A stretch of DNA of 32,000 bases from Promethearchaeia archaeon (GTDB lineage Archaea; Asgardarchaeota; Lokiarchaeia; Sigyniarchaeales; SOKP01): contig JAWOFX010000057.1 in NCBI GenBank assembly GCA_046497275.1, positions 117,249 through 149,248 on the forward strand, read 5' to 3'. Positions 18,648 through 26,241 of the stretch are shown in pieces; position 1 is the stretch's first letter; the number at the start of each line of letters is the position of its first letter. The notes under the pieces are model-generated. The model was not told the DNA's origin. It saw nothing but the letters and a program-made list of their open reading frames with translations, and did no database searches. A program made the position numbers and the translations under genes.

Positions 18648-19397
18648 ATGTCAGATAAAAAAACTATTATCTGTGAAGATCAGGAAATTCCGATTGTAAT
18701 ACCAAAGAGATTAATGGTGTTTGCTCCTCATCCCGATGATGAAATTATTTCATGTGGTGGGACAATTCTAAAATATGAAGCGCTTGGATCAGAAACAACA
18801 ATTATAATAGCTACCTCTGGACTTGGTGGTTATGCAAAAAAGGAAGAAAAAAAACATATTTTAGAAACAAGAGAAAAAGAGATACAAAACATTAGTGAAA
18901 TATTAAATTCAAAAGTGATAGAATTAGGCTATGATCATTTAACTATAAATCGGGAAGCCATTTCTAGAATTACTAATTTAATTAGAGATCTCAGACCGCA
19001 TGTAATTTTTATGCCTCACTTTTCAGATTTTCATCGTGTTCACCGTGAACTCTCATTCATAGTTCGGGAAAGTATTTATCATTGTGCGACTGGGAAAGCG
19101 TATGGCGGTCATAGTCGAAATTGGACTCCGTTTGCGGTTTATTATTATGAATCGCCATCATGTAAATTTCAATACATCGAGGGCTCTGTGTTTATAACTG
19201 TTGATATAGAGAACTATTGGGAACAAAAAAAGCAAATTTTTAACCAAATTTATAAATCTCAGAAAGAAGTGTTAAAAAGAGTTATGGATTGGGCAGAAGA
19301 CACAGCAGTTTTGAGAGGAAATGAGATAAATTCAAAATTTGGTGAAGCATATATCCCCGAAACAACGTACACTCCTCTAAAAATCTTGTTGGGTTAG
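18648..19397 (+). CDS. PIG-L / LmbE / BshB family metal-dependent de-N-acetylase
   Basis: 'VFAPHPDDEIISCGGTI', 'REKE', 'IRDLRPHVIF..H..D.HRVH', 'ITVDIENYWEQK', 'RG......FGEAY'. Confidence 0.88.
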   Translation: MSDKKTIICEDQEIPIVIPKRLMVFAPHPDDEIISCGGTILKYEALGSETTIIIATSGLGGYAKKEEKKHILETREKEIQNISEILNSKVIELGYDHLTINREAISRITNLIRDLRPHVIFMPHFSDFHRVHRELSFIVRESIYHCATGKAYGGHSRNWTPFAVYYYESPSCKFQYIEGSVFITVDIENYWEQKKQIFNQIYKSQKEVLKRVMDWAEDTAVLRGNEINSKFGEAYIPETTYTPLKILLG

Positions 19398-19534
19398 AAT
19401 TTGAAATTTATAAATTGCGATTAATCTTTAGTTCTTTAGAAAAATCCAATAAATAGTGGGAAATCATTTTCTAAATTATCAAAAATCCATTATAAATTTT
19501 ATTAGGATAAAAATTCTTAATTATTTTAATACTA

Positions 19535-19543
19535 TTTATTATA
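19535..19543 (+). promoter_or_regulatory. Candidate TATA box for a (near-)leaderless actin-related transcript
   Basis: TTTATTATA 32-24 nt upstream of ATG 19567; no SD. Weak because the background is AT-rich. Confidence 0.3.
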
Positions 19544-19566
19544 AGAAGAAATTCGATAGATAAAAA

Positions 19567-20682
19567 ATGCCAAATCTAACTATTGTCATGGATATAGGAC
19601 AATTTAGCAGTAAAGTGGGGTTTTCAGGTGAAGATAACCCTGCAATGGTATTTTTTACTATTGTGGGAAAACCGAAATACGCTGATTTTGAGGGTCAATT
19701 TACAAAACAGAAGCAGGAACTTTATGTAGGTGACGAAATACAATCATTAGGATTATATAAAATTTATCATCCTATTGAAAAAGGAAGAATTACTGATTGG
19801 AACTACTTTGAAAAAATAATGGATTACACCTTCTATAATTTACGAGTGGATCCAACTCTTGTTAATATACTCTTTGCCATTCATCCTCTCTTTCCTACCT
19901 TTGATTTAGAACGATTATTTGAGATTTTTTTAGAAAAATATCAATGCATGGCGTTTTATCCAGTATTAGATCCAATGCTTACATTATATTCTGGAGGATT
20001 CCAAACTGGTCTGGTGGTTGAGATTGGAGATAGTGGCACAAGAATAACTCCCATTTATGAAAGTTTTAAAGTTGAACATGCTATTGAAATATTGGATGTG
20101 GGTGGAAAGGATTTGACCCGATATATGGGTGAGACTTTAAAGAACACTACGGGGTTTAATGTAGATTCATCTATTAGAAGGGAATTAGTACGCGCAATAA
20201 AAGAAAAAGCATGTTTCCTTTCTTTGGATTATAAGGAAGATCTAAAACGAACCGAACAATATGAAAAGCAATATTCTCTTCCAGATGGTTCCCGGATCAC
20301 ATTAAGTAAAGAAAGATTCATGGTTCCCGAACTCCTCTTTACCCCACTGCCGGAATCTGAAAATAAACCATTACATATAGCCATCATGGATGTCATCGAA
20401 AAATGTGATCTCGATATCAGACAAGAATTATTAAATAATATTTTTATATCCGGAGGATCCTCAATGTTTCCCAATCTAAAGGCAAGATTATATCAAGAAT
20501 TAGAATTAGAACTTGCTCGAAGAAAAAAACAAGACCAGACTATAAAAATTGTTGCTCCAAGAGAGAGAACCTTTTCAGTATGGGTGGGAGGTTCAATTTT
20601 AACGATGATTCCTGAATTTTCTGATAATTGGATTACTCGTGCTGAATATTTTGAAGAAGGAATTCCTGAAGATCTGCTATAA
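19567..20682 (+). CDS. Actin-family protein (divergent Asgard actin-related protein)
   Basis: Colinear with eukaryotic actin over the full length: IVMDIGQFSSKVGFSGEDNP, YVGDE, HPIEKGRITDW, LRVDP, IKEKACFLSLDY, YSLPDG, ERFMVPELLF, KCDLDIR, ISGGSSMFP, IKIVAPRERTFSVWVGGSIL, WITRAEY.E.G. Confidence 0.95.
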   Translation: MPNLTIVMDIGQFSSKVGFSGEDNPAMVFFTIVGKPKYADFEGQFTKQKQELYVGDEIQSLGLYKIYHPIEKGRITDWNYFEKIMDYTFYNLRVDPTLVNILFAIHPLFPTFDLERLFEIFLEKYQCMAFYPVLDPMLTLYSGGFQTGLVVEIGDSGTRITPIYESFKVEHAIEILDVGGKDLTRYMGETLKNTTGFNVDSSIRRELVRAIKEKACFLSLDYKEDLKRTEQYEKQYSLPDGSRITLSKERFMVPELLFTPLPESENKPLHIAIMDVIEKCDLDIRQELLNNIFISGGSSMFPNLKARLYQELELELARRKKQDQTIKIVAPRERTFSVWVGGSILTMIPEFSDNWITRAEYFEEGIPEDLL

Positions 20683-20780
20683 TACGTATGAAAAAATAAT
20701 ACCCTCGTATTATATTCTAATATAAAATCAAAATTATTATATCCTCATAATACAATCTCATAATTATTGAGGATATAAAA

Positions 20781-21158
20781 ATGGAAAAGATTAATCCTGA
20801 TAATCTTGAAACTATTAACCTTATGAAGAAATATTATAAACCAGATTATTCAAAATTATTCAACAAGATAAAAAATATTAAAACTCCTGTTAAGAATAAA
20901 ATTTTACATGCTTTGTTAGATGGTTCTTGGCATTCTGAGTTAGAACTGATACGGATCGCTCGAAAACAAGAAAATTATATTGGTTCAGTTACCTTAGGAA
21001 CGATGGTAAATTCTCTCAATCATATTGTCCGTAATGATTATTTGGAGAAAAAACAAGCGGACGGAAAAATGTATTATAAGCTTTCAGATAATTATGTTGG
21101 ACTCACACGCGCAGCATATACAAAATATCAATATGAACATAAAGATCTAGAGTCTTAA
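20781..21158 (+). CDS. Small winged-helix protein, possible DNA-binding regulator
   Basis: 'KILHALLDGSWHSELELIRIA...VTLGTMVNSL...YLEKKQADGKMYYKLS' has the helix-helix-helix-beta-wing pattern; SD-like GAGGA upstream. Confidence 0.65.
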   Translation: MEKINPDNLETINLMKKYYKPDYSKLFNKIKNIKTPVKNKILHALLDGSWHSELELIRIARKQENYIGSVTLGTMVNSLNHIVRNDYLEKKQADGKMYYKLSDNYVGLTRAAYTKYQYEHKDLES

Positions 21159-21165
21159 ATAAAGA

Positions 21166-21654
21166 TTAACTCTCCAGATTACTTTTTTTCAAAAATCTTA
21201 ACGCTATTATATTTAGAATTAGAATTATAATAAAAAGATAGTATCCTAACGCTGCTGTATAGAAAAATTCTATAATAGCATTCCATGTAATCGTTAGAAT
21301 AATAATAGAATATATAGTGATAATCAATATGCAAAAAAGTACATTCAAATTATACAGAGTTAAAGAATTCTTAAATTTTGCTTTTTTTATCGATGCCATG
21401 ATGGAACTTATACCTATAAAGATTACCATAGACCATAAAAATATGCCTATTATATTTTCTGGAAACTGCAAATTGATGGTAGAAGAGGAAATTATTTCAT
21501 TTACAACATATCCCCAGATATAATATTCAGTGTTGCTTTTAACCATCATCATAAAATTTATTTCTAAATCAATGGGGGGATATATAGGAATTTTACTAAT
21601 AAACGCAATCAATAATGCTAAAACTCCTGCCAAAATACCTGTTTTTCTCACCAT
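21166..21654 (-). CDS. 4-TM membrane protein (paralog 2 of a coupled pair)
   Basis: TM1, ~45 aa loop with 'YIWGY', then three TMs; its ATG overlaps the upstream stop (TAATG at 21652-21656). Confidence 0.7.
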   Translation of the reverse strand: MVRKTGILAGVLALLIAFISKIPIYPPIDLEINFMMMVKSNTEYYIWGYVVNEIISSSTINLQFPENIIGIFLWSMVIFIGISSIMASIKKAKFKNSLTLYNLNVLFCILIITIYSIIILTITWNAIIEFFYTAALGYYLFIIILILNIIALRFLKKSNLES

Positions 21655-22175
21655 TATAAATTAACCTCCATCACTGGATGTGTTATATAAGCAATTATGG
21701 AAATAATAAAATTGAGAATTAAGATAAAAAACCCATAATCTAAATACGCAAAAATCTCCCCTATAGCAAGTTCAATTCCGAGAATTTCCATACTATAAAT
21801 TGTAAATCCTATGAGCGTGTATAATATCATAAATAGATTCGTAAAAAATGTGAAATAGATAAAACACTTCCCTAATTCATCTTCTTTAAAGCAGCCAACA
21901 AAGGAGAAGATAACAGTTAACAACCCTGGAATAGTAAGAAAGATGAAGGAAACAATATTTTCTAAAACCCATAGATTTATAGAAGAATCTAAAAGAAATC
22001 CCCATAGAAAAATTTGCATATTTCCAAATCTCACTATAGAAACTGGGAACTGAATATAGTAATTGAATCCCAACCACGGATTAGATTCACTTCCAAAATA
22101 TATACCAACAGGAATAAAAGGTAAAAAGAATATTATTGCAGATAATAACCCCGAAATAAAACCCAATTTATTCAT
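21654..22175 (-). CDS. 4-TM membrane protein (paralog 1 of a coupled pair)
   Basis: TM1, ~45 aa loop with 'FLWGF', then three TMs; same layout as the downstream gene. Confidence 0.7.
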   Translation of the reverse strand: MNKLGFISGLLSAIIFFLPFIPVGIYFGSESNPWLGFNYYIQFPVSIVRFGNMQIFLWGFLLDSSINLWVLENIVSFIFLTIPGLLTVIFSFVGCFKEDELGKCFIYFTFFTNLFMILYTLIGFTIYSMEILGIELAIGEIFAYLDYGFFILILNFIISIIAYITHPVMEVNL

Positions 22176-22386
22176 GTTTAATTAATTACTCTTATTTATT
22201 ATCTAAATATGATCTGGTTTTTATTAAAATTTTTTAAATTTCTCCAAAACCATTTAGGAATGATCATTATTTAATAAGAATTTTGAAAAATTATGATATA
22301 TGAATAAATCGTAAATTTATTAAAGCATTAGAGACATAATTCATAAAATAAGAACTATAAAACATTCTATAAAGGAGAACTGAAAA

Positions 22387-23865
22387 ATGCGAACAAAGGA
22401 AGAATACATGGAAGATTTAAGTAAAATGAAAAAAAATCTCTATCATGACGGTGAAAAAATTGATAGGTTGGATGAAAGACAAATACCATGCATTAATACT
22501 ATTGGTACAACTTTTGAAGTAGTAGATGATCCCGAATTTAAGGATTTAATACTAGCAAAATCACATCTAACTGGTGAAATAATTAATCGATTTACCCATA
22601 TTCACCAGAATACTGAAGATCTTCATAAAAAACAAGATTTAACAAGAAAACTCTGCCAAAAAGTTGGTGGTTGTATTCAACGATGTATGGGTATTGATGG
22701 TGCAAATGCTGTTTATGCTGTTAGTTATGAGGCTGATAAAATACATAAAGGCGAAACTAATTATCATGAGAATTTTAAAAAATGGGTAGAATATTTTCAG
22801 AAAAGAGATTTAATTGCCGCTTGTGCCCAAACAGATGTGAAAGGAAATAGAATTCAAAGACCAGCTGAACAAGAAGATCCTGATATGTATGTCCGTATGG
22901 TGGAAGAAAAAGATGATGGTATCATAGTTCGAGGGTGTAAAGTTCACATTTCAGAAGCTTCTGTATCCGATGAAATTTTAGTAGTCCCAACGAGAGCTTT
23001 AAGACCAGAAGATAAAGATTATGCGGTTTCGTTTGCAGTCCCTGCGGATTTTGAAGGGGTTAAACAAGTGGTTACAATACATAATCCGAGAAAAAGAGAA
23101 CAATTCCCTAAGGGATTTAGGCAAGGAGCTACAGATTCATATGTTATTTTTGATGATGTGTTCGTACCATGGGAGAGAGTCTTTCTATGTGGTGAATATC
23201 AACATGGTGGAGCTCTTGCTTTATTATTTGCTTTGTTTCACCGACATAGCTATTCTGGATGTAAACCAGCCATAGGAGACATTACGATTGGGAATGCTGC
23301 CCTTGCTGCTGAATATAATGGCATTGAGAAAGCCTCTCATGTAAGAAGTAAATTGGCTGAATTAATCAAAGTTACAGAATTAGGTTATGCCGCAGGATTT
23401 ACTGCTTCAGAATTAGGTAAGCCGGAAGTATATATGCCTGGAATTGGATTTATTCCTTACGGCCCGGGTAATTATATTCCTAATTCAATCTATTGCAATG
23501 TTGGTAGATGTTTAACTGGGGAAAATGTGTTTCACGAAGCAGAAATCGTATGTGATCTTACTGGTGGTGTACCTGCAACTTTCCCTTATGAAGGAGATTT
23601 TGAACATCCAGATATAAAAGACTTACTTTATAAATATACTAAGAGAAACCCCAAAATCCATCCTAAAAATGCTGCTCAATTTTGGAGACATATTGGTGAT
23701 TCATATCTTTCCTCAGCGGCTGGAGTAGCTTACTGGGGGAATTATCATGGTGGAGGTTCCCCCGTGATGGAAGAAATAGCAATTGCTACTCAATATGATA
23801 TTGAGAAGAGAAAGGAAATGGTTAAAAAGCTTGCTGGAATTGATGATTCATTGAATGAAAAATGA
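22387..23865 (+). CDS. abfD: 4-hydroxybutyryl-CoA dehydratase / vinylacetyl-CoA isomerase (HpaB/AbfD family)
   Basis: [4Fe-4S] ligand motifs 'GGCIQRCMGID' and 'FHRHSYSGCK'; 'AQTDVKGNR', 'IIVRGCKVHI', 'HGGGSP'. SD AGGAG at 22373-22377. Confidence 0.85.
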   Translation: MRTKEEYMEDLSKMKKNLYHDGEKIDRLDERQIPCINTIGTTFEVVDDPEFKDLILAKSHLTGEIINRFTHIHQNTEDLHKKQDLTRKLCQKVGGCIQRCMGIDGANAVYAVSYEADKIHKGETNYHENFKKWVEYFQKRDLIAACAQTDVKGNRIQRPAEQEDPDMYVRMVEEKDDGIIVRGCKVHISEASVSDEILVVPTRALRPEDKDYAVSFAVPADFEGVKQVVTIHNPRKREQFPKGFRQGATDSYVIFDDVFVPWERVFLCGEYQHGGALALLFALFHRHSYSGCKPAIGDITIGNAALAAEYNGIEKASHVRSKLAELIKVTELGYAAGFTASELGKPEVYMPGIGFIPYGPGNYIPNSIYCNVGRCLTGENVFHEAEIVCDLTGGVPATFPYEGDFEHPDIKDLLYKYTKRNPKIHPKNAAQFWRHIGDSYLSSAAGVAYWGNYHGGGSPVMEEIAIATQYDIEKRKEMVKKLAGIDDSLNEK

Positions 23866-23907
23866 TATTAGTTTCGATATCAAATGTAAATTCAAAAAAA
23901 ACATCTT

Positions 23908-26094
23908 CTATTTTTTTCTTATACATTTATTATTTATTATTTCATAATCTTCACAATTAGAGCAAAAACCTTTACCTGAAATACTCTTTGAAAGACCAAT
24001 ATTCCAGCAATAAGGACATAAATAATAATGAAATGATTTATTGCCTTTTCTGGTGGATATCTTAAAAATATTAAATCCACATTTAGAACAAAATGAATTT
24101 TTTAAAATATATATTCTTCCATTTTTAGGAACAGATAAATATTTTTCTTTGCAATTTTCGTTCATACATACAAGAAATCTTCTCTTTCCTTTTGGAGACA
24201 CCAATTTCATAACATCTTGTTTACAAAAAGGACATTTACTAGACGTCGTTTTTATGTTTCTTTTTTTATATTGTTTTTTTTGAAATTTAGAGATATCCAT
24301 CTTTTCGATTTTGGAAATCATTTCAGATTTAGATTCTCTAAATTTGTCAAATAGCTTTAAAAAAATCTCTCGCATTAGTTTAATCACTTCTTCTTTACTT
24401 TTTTTACCTAATTTAACATCTTCCAGCAAATTTTCAATCATTCCGGTGAATTTAGGACGTAAAAATGGCAACCATATTTTTTTAAGATTTTCAATTAAAA
24501 AAATTCCCAAATCAGTAATTTTATAACTCCTCTTATTTCTATTTATATATCTACGAGTTTCTAATAATTGGATGATGACTGGTCTTGTTGATTTGGTACC
24601 TAAGTTATGCTTTTCCATTAATTTTAAGAGTGAAGTATCTGAATACTCAGGTGGGGGTTTAGTTTCCTTTTCTAAAAGACTTAGATCTTTTATCGGAATG
24701 AATTCGGTATCGATTTTAATTTCAGGGTCATATTTTCTCTTCAAAAATGGAGCAATGCGTAAGAAGCCCTCCGAAATTAATGAAACGATCTGAGAATTGA
24801 ATATTTCTCCTTTTATTGATAATTTGAGAAAAACCTTAGATTCAGTAGCTTTATCTCCGAATAAGGCTAGATAATGTCTTGCTAATAAATCATAGACCTT
24901 TGCTTGCAGTTTTGATTCAAATCGGTTACTACTCAATGGAAGGCTCTCTAATGGTGTAATTGGAGGGTGGTCTCCAGCATCCTTTTTCCCCTTTGTAGGA
25001 ACTATTCGAGCTTTCTTTAATATATTATTAGTAAATGGACCATAAACAGGATGAGTTGAAAAGGTTTTAATGATAGAAATATGATCAAAATTATTTTTAT
25101 AAATATCACTGTCTGTTCTTGGATATGTTATAATCTTATTGAGGTATAAATCACTCATAACCTTTAATGCTACTTTCGCATTAATTCGCAAATTTTTGGT
25201 CAACAGAATAAGTGCCTTAGAGGTGTTTAATGGAGTAGGAGGATTTAGTATTTTCTGATTTTGATTTTTATTCAGTATTTTTGCTAGTTTTTCGTCTTTA
25301 ATCTTATCATAAATAATTCGAGCACTTTCCATTTGATCTTTTCTAAATGGATTATTTTGATGATATGCTTTAAATTGATATTGATGATAATTTAATAGTG
25401 CTTCAATCGTTAAATAAGGTACTGGGGTGAACTCTTTGATCTTTTTATCTCTTAAATAGATTAAATATAATAATGAAGTCTGAACTCTGCCTATGGAGGT
25501 GAATTTTTGATTTATTTTTTCTAATAGGGGTTTAAAGGTATTTGTGACCTCTCTCGTAGCGGAGAATCCTATAATTGCATCAATTAAAGCTCTTGCATCT
25601 CCAGAATCAGCCCAATTCCATTTTGGAAGTATCAAATTCTTAAATTTTGATTGAATTTCATTTGCTTGTAAAGAATTTAGCCACATTTGGAAAATGTTTA
25701 TGGAATTATTTACTTTTTTTATAAATGGTAACGCATCATATAACCCAATAGCGCAACCCTCTACATCGGCATCAGTTCCAATAATACATTTATCACATTT
25801 TTTAGCATATTTTTTAAGAGTTTTAATATATGGATATGCATAAGACTTGGGAAACTTTTCGATTGCTTTTGGATCTATAATTATCTCTCTTGGATTTGAA
25901 TTACTCCAACTCTTGAAGTTTTCAGAATTTCTATATTCAAGGATATGCCCTCTAAGTGGAATAACAAATATGTCTTTTTGTGAAATATTATAAATTTCCA
26001 GTTTCTTTTTTTCCTTTATTACTTGTACGGGACCAAGAGATTCAGCAATTGCTTTTGCTGCCTTTTTTTTTTCAGCAACAATTAAGGTTCCCAT
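23908..26094 (-). CDS. topA: Type IA DNA topoisomerase with C-terminal Zn ribbons
   Basis: Toprim 'LIVAEK', 'TDADVEG', 'SIGRVQT', catalytic 'ITYPRTDS', 'DHPPITP', 'LGTKSTR'; C-terminal Cys clusters. ATG 26094 preferred over GTG 26106. Confidence 0.93.
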   Translation of the reverse strand: MGTLIVAEKKKAAKAIAESLGPVQVIKEKKKLEIYNISQKDIFVIPLRGHILEYRNSENFKSWSNSNPREIIIDPKAIEKFPKSYAYPYIKTLKKYAKKCDKCIIGTDADVEGCAIGLYDALPFIKKVNNSINIFQMWLNSLQANEIQSKFKNLILPKWNWADSGDARALIDAIIGFSATREVTNTFKPLLEKINQKFTSIGRVQTSLLYLIYLRDKKIKEFTPVPYLTIEALLNYHQYQFKAYHQNNPFRKDQMESARIIYDKIKDEKLAKILNKNQNQKILNPPTPLNTSKALILLTKNLRINAKVALKVMSDLYLNKIITYPRTDSDIYKNNFDHISIIKTFSTHPVYGPFTNNILKKARIVPTKGKKDAGDHPPITPLESLPLSSNRFESKLQAKVYDLLARHYLALFGDKATESKVFLKLSIKGEIFNSQIVSLISEGFLRIAPFLKRKYDPEIKIDTEFIPIKDLSLLEKETKPPPEYSDTSLLKLMEKHNLGTKSTRPVIIQLLETRRYINRNKRSYKITDLGIFLIENLKKIWLPFLRPKFTGMIENLLEDVKLGKKSKEEVIKLMREIFLKLFDKFRESKSEMISKIEKMDISKFQKKQYKKRNIKTTSSKCPFCKQDVMKLVSPKGKRRFLVCMNENCKEKYLSVPKNGRIYILKNSFCSKCGFNIFKISTRKGNKSFHYYLCPYCWNIGLSKSISGKGFCSNCEDYEIINNKCIRKK

Positions 26095-26241
26095 ACTAAA
26101 TTTCACACACTAAATAATTAATTTTTTATTTTCTCTATCAAAGCCTAAATTTAAATCTATTATAAAAGATTACGGATTAATAAATTTGTGATGTTATTTA
26201 AAGAAAAACTAGTCGAATTTATTTTATTGACAAAATTTTGA

